Source: an uncultured Polyangiaceae bacterium
Lineage (GTDB): Bacteria > Desulfobacterota > Binatia > UTPRO1
Direction of reading: 5' to 3'
Length of the DNA: 55,433 nucleotides
NCBI GenBank assembly: GCA_964631985.1
Contig: CAZWAX010000003.1
Span: forward strand, 1-55,433
Each line of letters opens with the position of its first letter. Position 1 is the stretch's first letter. Under the pieces are notes generated by a model. That model searched no databases. It saw only the letters and a list, made by a program, of their open reading frames with translations, and was not told where the DNA came from. A program made the translations under genes and the position numbers. Positions 1 to 9,568 of this stretch are shown here, one piece after another.

Positions 1-267
1 CGCCGGCTATCTCTTTGCGGCCCTGGGCGAGGGGCCGGGCCTGACGCCGGTGCGTTAGCGAAGTGCGTCAGTCTGGCTCACCCTAAGTCAGGGTAGCATC
101 CATCCTGGGGATAAGTTCGAGGGGTTCTGGGTAGTTGCCCCGGGATCTGGATCGATGGATTGGGCCTGCTGCGCCGTTGCGAATGCCTCAAGGCCAAGTC
201 CCTGATTCTACGAGGCGTGAGTCGTCCACAGGTTATCCACACGGCTTGGACGTCCTGCTCTCGAGGG

Positions 268-936
268 TCAGCCGGTTGCGCGCATTTCCTTCTGATTGCG
301 GGCAATGACGACCGTAAACAAAGACCGCGGTGACGTCTTGAACTGCCTCTCGATCGCGATCTGCGCACCGTTGAACATATCGACGAGGCGAAGTGTGGTT
401 CGCCACCCCAACTTGCGCGTCACGGGATCAGCCATTTCCACCAATGAGCCGATGATTGGACGCTCGCTTCGAAAATGGTTGATGACGACGAGGGTGCCAT
501 TGGGACGCAGCACGCGGCGGGCTTCGTCGAGCAGACGGGTGGCGTCAGGCACGACGCTCACGACGTGGAACGCCATCACATAGTCGAAGCTGTCGTCCGG
601 GAAGCTCAGGTTCAAGGCATCCATCTGGCGCAGCGTGATGTGGTGCCAGCCCTGCTCGCGGATCTTCTCGTCGGCCTGGTCGAGCATGTCCTGCGCCAAG
701 TCGATGCCCACGACCTCGCAATGCGTGGGGTAGGCGCTCAGTGAGAGGCCCGTGCCCACCCCCACCTCGAGAACGCGCGCGCCGGGCTCGAGGTGCAGCG
801 ATTTGATGACGCTGGCAATGCGCGGGAAGAAGATGCGCTGAAAGATCATGTCGTAGAGATGCGAGAACTCTGCGTAGATCTTGCTTCGGTGCGGATCCGA
901 CGATCCGCGTTGCGCCCCATTGCGCTGACCCGCCAT
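268..936 (-). CDS. Class I SAM-dependent methyltransferase, phospholipid N-methyltransferase (PmtA)-like
   Basis: ORF 268..960 starts at a TTG; the first ATG is at 936 (MAGQRNG...). SAM-binding motif LEVGVGTGL, then VVGIDL, MDALNLSFPDDSFDYV and LRPNGTLVVINH. The overall layout resembles Rhodobacter-type PmtA from memory; no search was run. Confidence 0.7.
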   Translation of the reverse strand: MAGQRNGAQRGSSDPHRSKIYAEFSHLYDMIFQRIFFPRIASVIKSLHLEPGARVLEVGVGTGLSLSAYPTHCEVVGIDLAQDMLDQADEKIREQGWHHITLRQMDALNLSFPDDSFDYVMAFHVVSVVPDATRLLDEARRVLRPNGTLVVINHFRSERPIIGSLVEMADPVTRKLGWRTTLRLVDMFNGAQIAIERQFKTSPRSLFTVVIARNQKEMRATG

Positions 937-1003
937 GCGCCCCCCTTCGCGAGCTACCAAGACCGAACGCGAACCGACGTTAGATTGTCGACCAACTGCG
1001 CCG

Positions 1004-1237
1004 TCAGGCTGCGGTGGCGCCCCGAAGCTGTCGCTTGAATGACACGATATCTCGCTTGCGAAAGCGCCACTGCCTCCCCTGCTTGAAGGCTGGCAGAAGG
1101 TGCTTGCGGGCGAACTCGTTGACGGTATCGGGGCTGACGTCGAGTATCTGCGCCACCTCTTTGCTGTTCAGGTAGATGTCGTCCCGGTCGAGCATCGAGT
1201 GCGCGCGCTCCGATGGATGGAAGAATGGACGCTCCAT
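1004..1237 (-). CDS. Small helix-turn-helix DNA-binding protein (excisionase/MerR-like HTH_17 type)
   Basis: 77-aa ORF starting at an ATG. YLNSKEVAQILDVSPDTVNEFARKHLLPAFKQGRQWRFRKRDI matches the HTH_17 pattern (helix-turn-helix followed by W.F....). Confidence 0.6.
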   Translation of the reverse strand: MERPFFHPSERAHSMLDRDDIYLNSKEVAQILDVSPDTVNEFARKHLLPAFKQGRQWRFRKRDIVSFKRQLRGATAA

Positions 1238-1336
1238 ACCACGGGCCCAAAAATGAGGTCAAGCTTGTCGGAGCCGGTCGCACGTCAAGGGGTTGATAAA
1301 AATACACGCTTTATCATGTACTTGCGCCTGCCATGG

Positions 1337-2911
1337 TCAAATGCTGATGGTCGTGAGACGCCGCCGGCTGAGCATGAAATCGTACACAATCCTGGTGCAA
1401 ATCACCGCCGTGAAGACAGAGGTGACCAGGCCGATGCACAGCGTTACCGCAAAGCCTTTCACCGGACCCGAACCGAACTGGAAGAGGATAAGGCCCGAGA
1501 GAAATGTCGTGATGTTGGAGTCCAGGATGGCGGGAAGCGCGCGTTCGTATCCGGCTTCGATTGCCGCGCGGACCGTCTTCCCGAGTCGGAGCTCCTCACG
1601 AATGCGCTCGTTGATGAGTACGTTGGCGTCGACGGCCATGCCGAGCGTCAGCACGAGACCCGCGATCCCGGGAAGCGTGACGGTCGCTTCGAGCGCAGCC
1701 AGGGCGGCCAGGATGAAGACGACGTTCAGAAGCAGCGCGAGATCGGCCAGCAGCCCTGCCCCACGGTAGTAGACGAGCATGAAGAGGATCACGAGGGCTC
1801 CGCCCACCGCGAACGAAATCATACCCTGCTGAATGGAATCGCGGCCGAGCGTCGGCCCGACCGTGCGCTCCTCGGCGAGCGTCACGGGGGCCGGCAAAGC
1901 ACCGGCACGTAACACGATCGCCAGGTCTCGAGCTTCTCGGAGATCGAAGTTCCCCGTGATCGAGGCACGACCTCCGCCGATGCGTTCACGAATGACCGGT
2001 GCCGACTTCACTTTCCCGTCCAGAACGATCGCGAGTTGACGGTTGACGTTGGCCGCAGTCAGCTCCTCGAAGAGCTTGGCGCCTCGGCTGTTGAGAACGA
2101 GCTCGACGTAGGGACCCTCCATCTGCGTGGCCGGCCGCACCCGCGCGTCGGCGATCACCTCGCCCGTCATCAGGGTCTTCCGGTCCAAGGTGTACGAGAT
2201 CTTGTTGTTCATCTGACCCGTCACGGGATCACGTTCCTCACCGGGAAGGACTTCCGTCCCGGCCGTCGGCTTGGTCGGATCGCTGCCGCTTGCGACCAGC
2301 TTGAACTCGAGGACGGCCGTTTTGCCGATCAGATCCTTGGCGCGCTGCGGATCCTGGATGCCGGGAAGCTGGACGAGGATGCCATCGGCACCGCTGCGCT
2401 GGATCACAGGCTCACGCACGCCGAACTGGTCGATCCGGTTGCGGATCGTCTCGATCGATTGGTCGACCGCAAACTCGCGGATGCGACGTTCCTCGCGGTC
2501 GTCGAAGCCGAGCACGGTGTCGCCGCTTTGGGCCGCCGAATCGGATGCGGTCACGAGGACGGGGAACTGATTCTTCAGGAGATCTGACAGGGCGGTATTC
2601 TTGCTTGCGTCCCGTAGCTGGAGGTGCACGCGCTTGCCCGCGCGCTCGAGCTTGCTCGTGGCGATCTGTGCTTCGGTCAGCTCGCGCTTGAGGTCCTCCA
2701 TGGTGGCGTTGAGCGCAGTTTCAACCGCTTTGTCGCCCTCGACCTGAAGGATCAGGTGGATACCGCCTTGAAGGTCGAGCCCGAGTCGAAGCGCCTCCCG
2801 TGGGAGAATCGCGGGCCACCAGGCCGGGACGGTCGTCACGACCGGCAGCAAGTAGACGCTGCTGACGAGCAGGAGGACGATGACCAGTGCGACACGATAC
2901 CCGAGCTTCAT
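1337..2911 (-). CDS. secD: Protein translocase subunit SecD
   Basis: 524 aa. N-terminal TM, large periplasmic domain (LGLDLQGGIHL, VREPVIQRSG, ILVQLPG) and a C-terminal 5-TM bundle (LTLGMAVDANVLINERIREE). The start ATG overlaps the yajC stop (ATGA). Confidence 0.9.
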   Translation of the reverse strand: MKLGYRVALVIVLLLVSSVYLLPVVTTVPAWWPAILPREALRLGLDLQGGIHLILQVEGDKAVETALNATMEDLKRELTEAQIATSKLERAGKRVHLQLRDASKNTALSDLLKNQFPVLVTASDSAAQSGDTVLGFDDREERRIREFAVDQSIETIRNRIDQFGVREPVIQRSGADGILVQLPGIQDPQRAKDLIGKTAVLEFKLVASGSDPTKPTAGTEVLPGEERDPVTGQMNNKISYTLDRKTLMTGEVIADARVRPATQMEGPYVELVLNSRGAKLFEELTAANVNRQLAIVLDGKVKSAPVIRERIGGGRASITGNFDLREARDLAIVLRAGALPAPVTLAEERTVGPTLGRDSIQQGMISFAVGGALVILFMLVYYRGAGLLADLALLLNVVFILAALAALEATVTLPGIAGLVLTLGMAVDANVLINERIREELRLGKTVRAAIEAGYERALPAILDSNITTFLSGLILFQFGSGPVKGFAVTLCIGLVTSVFTAVICTRIVYDFMLSRRRLTTISI

Positions 2912-3249
2912 GCTTTCTCCTTCTCTTTTTCCTCGCGGGCGCCTCCACGAAGCACACTGGCGACCTGATCTCGATCCAAACGTATGCGCACGTTCGGAGC
3001 GATCTCGACCGTGAGGACTTTGTCGGCAATGGCGTGGATACGACCGTAGATGCCGCCGCTGGTGACGACGTCGTCGCCCCGCTTCAGGTTCTGTACCATG
3101 GTCTCATGCTCACGCGCCCGCTTCTGTTGGGGACGGATCATGAGGAAGTAGAGAATGACGAACATCAGGGCGATCGGCAGCAGGTTCACGAGCGGACCAG
3201 GTGCCGCCGGCGCTCCTCCCGCTCCCTGAGCCCAGGCTATTCCGGCCAT
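2908..3249 (-). CDS. yajC: Preprotein translocase subunit YajC
   Basis: Only the C-terminal 113 aa of the long ORF 2908..4164 look real: MAGIAWAQ...LLPIALMFVILYFLMIRPQQKR...GDDVVTSGGIYGRI. ATG confirmed at 3247-3249. The upstream part of the ORF is Arg-rich and overlaps tgt. Confidence 0.85.
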   Translation of the reverse strand: MAGIAWAQGAGGAPAAPGPLVNLLPIALMFVILYFLMIRPQQKRAREHETMVQNLKRGDDVVTSGGIYGRIHAIADKVLTVEIAPNVRIRLDRDQVASVLRGGAREEKEKEKA

Positions 3250-4370
3250 ACCGCATCCTCCCGATCGGTTGATCTGGTCCACACGCGGGATGCAGCGAGC
3301 GCTCCGAAAGCATCGGTGTGGATCGCGTCGCGTATCCTCGCCATGAGTTGTTGGTAGTACGTGACGTTGTGGAGTGTGTGCAACGTCACGGCCAGGGGTT
3401 CGCGCGCCATCAAGAGATGTCGCAGGTAGGCTCGGCTGAAATGAGCGCAGGTGTAGCACGGGCACGTTTCGTCGATCGGGCGCGGATCGGTGGCGTGGCG
3501 AGCGTTGCGTATCACCAGGGGTCCCTGGTTGGTGTACAAGGTGCCGTTGCGCGCGAGCCGAGTCGGCAGGACGCAGTCGAAAAGGTCGATTCCCGCGCCG
3601 ACCAGCCGAAGGATGTCCTCGGGCGTCCCCGCTCCCATGAAATAACGTGGTTGGTCGCGCGGGAGGTGCGGAGCGGTTGCAGCGGCTACCCGCCAGGTGT
3701 CGGGACGCGGTTCGCCGACGGAGAGCCCGCCGAGCGCGTAGCCGTCGAACCCGAGACCAACCATGGCACGGGCACTTTCGATCCGAAGGTCGAGGTGCGT
3801 ACCGCCTTGCACGATCCCGAAGACGGCTTGATCGGCCCGTGAGCGTGCTGCTGCCGCACGCACGGCCCAACGTGCCGTGCGCTCCGTCGCGGCAGTGACG
3901 ACCGTGCGATCGGCATCGCCAGGAGGGCACTCGTCCAGGATCATCGCCACGTCGCTGCCGAGGCGCTCCTGCGTCCTGATGACGTCTTCGACGGTCAGGG
4001 CATGGGCGCTCCCGTCGATGTGTGAGCGGAACGTGACACCCTCGTCCGTGACGCGGGCCAGCGCTGCCAGGGAGAAGACCTGATATCCACCACTGTCCGT
4101 CAAAATCGGACCATCCCAACCCATGAATCGATGCAGGCCTCCGGTCGCTTCGATGATCTCGCATCCTGGACGCAACCAGAGATGGTAGGCATTGGACAGG
4201 ATCATTTCGGTCCCCGTGTCGCGGATCTGGACCGGGGTTAGGCCCTTCAAGCTGCCATGCGTCGCTACCGGCATGAACGCCGGCGTCTCGACCACACCAT
4301 GCGTGAGCGTGAGGCTTCCACGACGCGCCGCCGACGTCGCATCCTCGTGGAGGAGGCGAAACGTACTCAC
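3237..4370 (-). CDS. tgt: tRNA-guanine(34) transglycosylase
   Basis: 377 aa. TPAFMPVATHGSLKG, ILSNAYHL, LTDSGGYQVFS and the zinc motif CPCYTC...H. Confidence 0.95.
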   Translation of the reverse strand: MSTFRLLHEDATSAARRGSLTLTHGVVETPAFMPVATHGSLKGLTPVQIRDTGTEMILSNAYHLWLRPGCEIIEATGGLHRFMGWDGPILTDSGGYQVFSLAALARVTDEGVTFRSHIDGSAHALTVEDVIRTQERLGSDVAMILDECPPGDADRTVVTAATERTARWAVRAAAARSRADQAVFGIVQGGTHLDLRIESARAMVGLGFDGYALGGLSVGEPRPDTWRVAAATAPHLPRDQPRYFMGAGTPEDILRLVGAGIDLFDCVLPTRLARNGTLYTNQGPLVIRNARHATDPRPIDETCPCYTCAHFSRAYLRHLLMAREPLAVTLHTLHNVTYYQQLMARIRDAIHTDAFGALAASRVWTRSTDREDAVWPE

Positions 4371-5401
4371 ACGATCAACATGGCGTCGCCATAGCTGTAG
4401 AAGCGATAGCCAGACGTCGTGGCGGCGCGATAGGCGGCGAGCGTCGTATCGATGCCGGCAAAGGCCGCAACCAGCGCGAGGAGGCTGGATCGTGGCAAGT
4501 GAAAGTTCGTGAGCATGGCGTCGACGGCCCGAAACTCGTGGCCGGGTCCGATCACGAGATGCGTGCGACCGCCTCCGGGACGTATCACCCCATCACGCGC
4601 GGCCACCGTCTCGAGCGCGCGCACCGTGGTCGTGCCGACGGCGACGACGCGGCGGCCGGCGGCCCGCGCTTCGGCGATCGCCGACGCCGTGGCATCGGGA
4701 ATCTCATAGCGCTCCGCTGGTACGCTGTGATCGGCCAACGCCGTCGTTCGAATCGGAAGAAACGTCGCTGGGCCGACCATCAGTGTCAGCGGGTGGCAGG
4801 TGATGCCCTGATCGGCCAGCAAGCCGACGAGTCGGGGAGTGAAGTGTAGTCCCGCCGTTGGTGCCGCGATCGCCCCGGCATTGCGAGCGAACATCGTCTG
4901 GTAACGCTCGTAGTCCAATGCCGAAGGCCCATTCGGTCTTCGAATGTAGGGGGGCAACGGTAACTCGCCGACGCGCCGAAGAGCGCTGTCGAGATCGTGC
5001 TCGGCACGGAGATGGATGACGCGGTACGTGTCGTCGACGCGGTCGCCCCATGTACCGGTGAGGCCGCTTCCGAACGCGATCGTTTCCCCCACGGGGATGC
5101 GACCCGCGCCCCGCGCGATGCAATGCCACGTCTGGTTTCCTGCGATCGACTCGACGAGGAGCACTTCGATGGCGCCACCCGTCGGACGCCGTCCGTGGAG
5201 GCGAGCGGTCAGCACCTCCGCATCGTTGACGATCAGTACGTCGCCAGCGTGGATCCAGTCGCCGAGTCGCTGGATGCTTTCGTGGGTGTGCGACCCCGTC
5301 GCGCGATCGACCACCAGCATCCGGCTTCCATCGCGCGTGGAAAGGGGTTGTTGGGCGATCAGCGCTGGATCGAGCGCATACTCGAGAACGCCGAGGTCCA
5401 T
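4367..5401 (-). CDS. queA: S-adenosylmethionine:tRNA ribosyltransferase-isomerase
   Basis: The ORF 4367..5539 has a junk-like N-terminus. The ATG at 5401 gives MDLGVLEYALDPALIAQQPL..., the typical QueA start. GTTTVRALE and FRFYSYGDAMLI near the C-terminus. 4-nt overlap with the tgt start. Confidence 0.9.
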   Translation of the reverse strand: MDLGVLEYALDPALIAQQPLSTRDGSRMLVVDRATGSHTHESIQRLGDWIHAGDVLIVNDAEVLTARLHGRRPTGGAIEVLLVESIAGNQTWHCIARGAGRIPVGETIAFGSGLTGTWGDRVDDTYRVIHLRAEHDLDSALRRVGELPLPPYIRRPNGPSALDYERYQTMFARNAGAIAAPTAGLHFTPRLVGLLADQGITCHPLTLMVGPATFLPIRTTALADHSVPAERYEIPDATASAIAEARAAGRRVVAVGTTTVRALETVAARDGVIRPGGGRTHLVIGPGHEFRAVDAMLTNFHLPRSSLLALVAAFAGIDTTLAAYRAATTSGYRFYSYGDAMLIV

Positions 5402-5558
5402 GGGCGGAGGGTTCGTGTAGCCCGGAAGCCGTGAGGCAGTCAATTCATGGGTCGGGTGTTGATGGCGTGCCGAGCACGAGGGGGAATGCCCGCATACGCA
5501 ACGGTTGCGCCTGGACTCGGTCGCGTGCGGGATGGTCACGGCTCTAGCCCCGCCCGTC

Positions 5559-6359
5559 TCAGCGGAGACCGAGCGCCACCATGACTTGCTGGATGTCGCG
5601 CCACACCAGGCGCTTGTCGGCCGGATTTCGCAGGAGGTACGCCGGGTGAAACGTCGGCATCAGCGGGATGCCCTGGTAGCTCGCCCACACACCGCGCAGT
5701 CGGCTGATCGGCGTTCGGGTCCTGAGAAGACACTGGGCCGCGAACTTCCCGAGCGTGACGATGGCCTTGGGCTTGATGAGATCGAGTTGGCGCTTGAGGA
5801 ACGGCTCACACGCTGCGATCTCGTCGGGTTCGGGATCTCGGTTCTGTGGTGGTCGGCATTTGATGATGTTGGCGATGTAGACGTCCTCGCGGCGAATCTT
5901 CATTCCCTTGGTGATGATCTCCGTCAGCAGTTGTCCGGCGCGGCCGACGAACGGCTCACCGCTCACGTCCTCGTCTTGACCGGGAGCTTCGCCGACGAAG
6001 ACCAGATCGGCCTCGGGATTGCCCACGCCGAACACGAGCTTGGTGCGATATGGGGCGAGCTTGCACCGTTGACAGTCGCCGATGACCGCTCGGAGCTCTT
6101 GCAACGATCCGCTCTCTCGCACGCCAGGGTGGGTGAGAAAATCCACGGGTGAGCCCTGGTCTCGAGGAGGCTCAGGTGTCGCTGCGGGCGTCGCAGGCGA
6201 TCGCGCCGCGACGGATGGTGGCGCTGGCGGTTCGGAAACGGACGTCGTGTGCTGATCGCTCGTTGGCGGGACCGCATCGATGCCGGTCTCGCGCCACCAT
6301 TCGAGCCGTGCGCGCGTCGCGGCGACCAGGGCCAAGAGTTCGCGCCGATTCTCAGACAT
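5559..6359 (-). CDS. Uracil-DNA glycosylase, family 4 (Fe-S type) with N-terminal extension
   Basis: 266 aa. CQRCKL, VFVGEAPGQDED, PFVGRAGQLL, IIKCRPP.NR.P and HPAYLLR motifs. Confidence 0.85.
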   Translation of the reverse strand: MSENRRELLALVAATRARLEWWRETGIDAVPPTSDQHTTSVSEPPAPPSVAARSPATPAATPEPPRDQGSPVDFLTHPGVRESGSLQELRAVIGDCQRCKLAPYRTKLVFGVGNPEADLVFVGEAPGQDEDVSGEPFVGRAGQLLTEIITKGMKIRREDVYIANIIKCRPPQNRDPEPDEIAACEPFLKRQLDLIKPKAIVTLGKFAAQCLLRTRTPISRLRGVWASYQGIPLMPTFHPAYLLRNPADKRLVWRDIQQVMVALGLR

Positions 6360-6388
6360 TTCCGGAAGGTCGTAGGTTGTGGGCCGCG

Positions 6389-7306
6389 ATGACGGAGAGT
6401 ACCCTTGGATCCGTCATGGTGTTTTTGATCGCGCTCGCCACTCTGGTGGTGCTGGTGCTGCTGCCAAGCGACGCGCACGCGTGGGGACCCGTGACTCACC
6501 TCATCCACGGCGCGACCGTGTTGGCGGGTCTTAACACCCTGCCCCCCGGGCTTCAAGAAATTCTGCGCATGTTTCCCGATGCATACCTTTACGGCTGCGT
6601 TGGTGCCGACATCATCCAGGCGAAGAAATTTACGCGTGACCTACGCTACCATTGTCACTCTTGGAACGTCGGGTGGCAGGTGCTAGAGGGCGCCCGCTCG
6701 AATTCCGAACGGGCCTTCGCATACGGCTACCTGACGCATCTGGCGGCCGACACCTACTCGCACAACTACTTCGTGCCCTTGCAGCTGATCGTCAGCTTTC
6801 GAGCTCGAGCGCTGAAGCACGTCTACTGGGAGGCACGGTTCGATGCCATGCAGCAGGAAGCGGATTGGAGACGCCTGCGCGAGGTCGTCAGCAAGCTCTA
6901 TCCGGACTGTGACGAGCTCATGGAGCGGGTGGTCGAGCGAACATTGTTCTCGTTTCGAACGAACAAGCGAATTTTCAACTCCGTCATGGCTCTGCATCGC
7001 GTCGAGCAATGGCGACGCATGATGCTCCGGCTGGGAACCCGGTCACGCTACCTGCTGGGTGCAGACGAGGTAGCCCGCTACGACCATCTCTGCAGCGAGG
7101 CTGCGCTTGACATGCTGACCAACGGCGCGAAGGCGCGATGCGTTCGCCTCGATCCGACGGGTCGCGAGCATCTGGAGCGCGCAGAGCAGATTCGCAAGCG
7201 CCTGCGGACGCTCAAACGCAAGCGTCAGCTGACCCCGTCACTGCAGGATGCGATCCTCGGAAAAGTCGTACCCGAGCTGAAGGCGCACGTCTGCGGCGGC
7301 TGTTGA
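6389..7306 (+). CDS. Zinc-dependent phospholipase C family protein (secreted or membrane-anchored)
   Basis: ATG at 6389 (MTESTLGSVMVFLIALATLVVLVLLPSDAHA|WGPVTH). The predicted cleavage leaves an N-terminal Trp, the Zn-ligand hallmark of this family. His-rich motifs HCHSW and THLAADTYSHN. Confidence 0.6.
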   Translation: MTESTLGSVMVFLIALATLVVLVLLPSDAHAWGPVTHLIHGATVLAGLNTLPPGLQEILRMFPDAYLYGCVGADIIQAKKFTRDLRYHCHSWNVGWQVLEGARSNSERAFAYGYLTHLAADTYSHNYFVPLQLIVSFRARALKHVYWEARFDAMQQEADWRRLREVVSKLYPDCDELMERVVERTLFSFRTNKRIFNSVMALHRVEQWRRMMLRLGTRSRYLLGADEVARYDHLCSEAALDMLTNGAKARCVRLDPTGREHLERAEQIRKRLRTLKRKRQLTPSLQDAILGKVVPELKAHVCGGC

Positions 7307-7319
7307 CGTCAGCGATCGG

Positions 7320-8561
7320 CTAACGGCGCCGCGGCAGCTGGCGCGCGACGGTGCGGGTGTCACGTCGCGTCCCGCGCAGCTCGACCACGCGATCGAGGAT
7401 GGCGGTGGCGACGGCATCCTTGCTCATTTTCGCCAGACGTTCGACGCGTCCGCTGCGATCGATCAACGTCACGATGTTGGTGTCGACGTCGAACCCGGCC
7501 CCCTCCGCCGTCACGTCGTTGGCGACCATCACGTGGACGCCCTTGGCTTGCAGCTTCCGCCGGGCATTGGCGACGAGGTCTCGCGTTTCCGCTGCAAAGC
7601 CGACCAAGACGCGCGTGCCCTTGAGTGTTCCGAGCTTTGCCAGGATGTCGGGGTTCGGGACGAGGCGGAGCTCGAGATCGGATCGACCGCGCTTGATCTT
7701 GTGACGAAGCGAGTCAGACGGCCGGAAGTCGCCGACGGCTGCGGCCATCACAACGACATCGGAGCTTGTTGCCTCCCGCACGACGGCTTGTTCCATCTCG
7801 CGGGCATTGACCACCGCAAGCGTCTCGACACCACGGGGCGGAACCAGCGCGGTAGGTCCGCTGATCAAGGTGACGTGGGCGCCACGTCGTCGTGCGTTTC
7901 GCGCTACCGCATATCCCATCTTTCCCGAGGAGCGATTGGCGAGGTGGCGGACGGGGTCGAGGGCTTCCCACGTCGGCCCGGCCGTCACGAGGACGCGGAC
8001 GTCCTGAAGGTCCTTCGGGGTGATCAAGACCTCCATCTCCTCGACGATGACGTCGGGATCCGCCATGCGGCCCGAGCCAATGTATCCGCACGCGAGAAAG
8101 CCGGCGTCCGGATCCAGAACGGCACGGCCCGCGCCGCGTAGGAGGGTCAGATTGGCGCGCACGGCGGGATTCTCGTACATGTGTACGTTCATCGACGGGC
8201 ACACGAGAATCGGAGCGCGAGTCGCGAGCGCAACGGTCGTGAGCAGATCGTCGGCCATGCCCATCGCGAGCTTGGCAATGACGTTCGCGGTAGCAGGTGC
8301 GATGAGCAGGGCGTCGGCCGTATCGGCGAGCTGGATGTGACCAATCTCCGATTCTTCGGTCAGATCGAAGAGGGATCGGGCGACCGGTTGACCCGTGAGC
8401 GTCTGAAGCGTGAGCGGTGTCACGAACTGCTCGGCCGCTTTCGTGAGGATCACCCGCACCTTTGCGCCGGCCTTGGCGAGAGCGCGCACGAGGTCCGGCG
8501 CCTTGTATGCGGCGATGCCGCCGGTGACGCCCAAGACGATGTTTTTGTCGGACAAGGTCAC
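7320..8561 (-). CDS. coaBC: Bifunctional phosphopantothenoylcysteine decarboxylase / phosphopantothenate-cysteine ligase
   Basis: 413 aa with a GTG start. VLGVTGGIAAYKA, PAT.N, PSMN..M and NRSSGKMGYA motifs. Confidence 0.95.
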   Translation of the reverse strand: MTLSDKNIVLGVTGGIAAYKAPDLVRALAKAGAKVRVILTKAAEQFVTPLTLQTLTGQPVARSLFDLTEESEIGHIQLADTADALLIAPATANVIAKLAMGMADDLLTTVALATRAPILVCPSMNVHMYENPAVRANLTLLRGAGRAVLDPDAGFLACGYIGSGRMADPDVIVEEMEVLITPKDLQDVRVLVTAGPTWEALDPVRHLANRSSGKMGYAVARNARRRGAHVTLISGPTALVPPRGVETLAVVNAREMEQAVVREATSSDVVVMAAAVGDFRPSDSLRHKIKRGRSDLELRLVPNPDILAKLGTLKGTRVLVGFAAETRDLVANARRKLQAKGVHVMVANDVTAEGAGFDVDTNIVTLIDRSGRVERLAKMSKDAVATAILDRVVELRGTRRDTRTVARQLPRRR

Positions 8562-8575
8562 GGGATCGTTGGAAG

Positions 8576-9568
8576 TCAGGGCGTAGGCTCTTCCACGGCT
8601 CTGACGTCCCCGAAGCTTATGTTTTCACGCAACAGAAACACAACCCCCAACACGATCTGCGTCAACCACTGCGCCCCCCACACGACGAAGGCGTACGGGA
8701 TCGCGTCGGCCCGGCTGATGCCGAACAACCCGAGTGCGACGATGCAGCCGGCCTGGAACGTGCCGATGAAACCGGGTGCCGAAGGCGCCGACACTGCGCC
8801 CGCGACGACGGTCACCAGGGCCAAGGCCCCGCTGACGAGCGGGACGTCGAGATTGCAGGCGAGAAGACCGAGCCCAAAGGTCGACGCGATCACGGTCCAT
8901 ACGAAGAGCGAGTAGCCGAGAATTCGGACGAGGACGGCGCCCTGTCCAATGCCCTGCAGTCCACCGATGAAGCTCTGCAGCGCGGCATCGGCGCGGGCGC
9001 GCACGCCGGGGGGCGTGAGCGCCAACACTCGACGTACGAGGCTGAGAGCAACGGGATGCTGGCGTTGCAGCGCGAGCACGAGGGCGATGGCGATGAGCGC
9101 CAGTACCAGGAAGACGACGCCGCTCTGCCGGATCGTGCTCGAGACCGGGACGAGGCACATGACGAGACCCAGAAAGACGAGGATGGTCAGCATGTCGAGC
9201 AGGCGTTCGAGGAGGACGGAGGCGAAGACGCTGCTGACCGGGAGCTGGGTGCGCTTGGCCAACAGAACGGGACGAATCACCTCGCCGACCCGGAGAGGCA
9301 ACACCATGTTGCAGAAAAATCCGATGGCCGTCGCCGAGAGCAACGGTAGGAACGGGACGGGTCCCACGGGTCGCAGGAGAAGTTGCCAGCGCTGACATCG
9401 CACCACGACGCTGTAGGCGCTGAGCAGCGCGATGGGCACCAGATACCCGTACTGCACGCGGGCGAACGCTTCGGCGACATTGCCCCATTCGTCGCGTGGC
9501 GGCATGGCGAGATACAGGGCGACTGCGGAGATCGCGACGCCCAGCAGGGTTCGGGTCGTTCGGCTCAC
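8576..9568 (-). CDS. UPF0104 / lysylphosphatidylglycerol-synthase-TM (flippase-like) membrane protein
   Basis: The C-terminal ~330 aa of ORF 8576..10156 are polytopic and hydrophobic (RCQRWQLLLRP, FFCNMVLPLRVGEVIRPVLLAKR), as in the MprF-flippase/HpnL superfamily. The GTG at 9568 overlaps the upstream TGA (GTGA). The upstream ORF part is Arg/Pro-rich and overlaps other genes. Confidence 0.7.
   Translation of the reverse strand: MSRTTRTLLGVAISAVALYLAMPPRDEWGNVAEAFARVQYGYLVPIALLSAYSVVVRCQRWQLLLRPVGPVPFLPLLSATAIGFFCNMVLPLRVGEVIRPVLLAKRTQLPVSSVFASVLLERLLDMLTILVFLGLVMCLVPVSSTIRQSGVVFLVLALIAIALVLALQRQHPVALSLVRRVLALTPPGVRARADAALQSFIGGLQGIGQGAVLVRILGYSLFVWTVIASTFGLGLLACNLDVPLVSGALALVTVVAGAVSAPSAPGFIGTFQAGCIVALGLFGISRADAIPYAFVVWGAQWLTQIVLGVVFLLRENISFGDVRAVEEPTP

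Noticed and set aside
2-58. Possible 3' end of a plus-strand gene (…AGYLFAALGEGPGLTPVR, stop at 56-58)
   Set aside because: Only 18 codons are visible at the window edge, so neither the coding status nor the function can be supported.
59-267. About 210 nt apparently non-coding, lower-G+C stretch containing GTTCGAGG; checked for tRNA, SRP RNA or other ncRNA
   Set aside because: I could not fold a cloverleaf (no matching T-stem or acceptor stem), saw no SRP/6S-like conserved strings, and found only a trivial 5-bp hairpin. A covariance-model scan would be needed to say more.
3250-4164. Long N-terminal extension of the yajC ORF (418-aa ORF 2908..4164)
   Set aside because: It is Arg/Pro/Ser-rich with no motifs and lies entirely antisense or out of frame over the well-supported tgt gene. 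This is a typical high-G+C open-frame artefact, and only the last 113 codons look like YajC.
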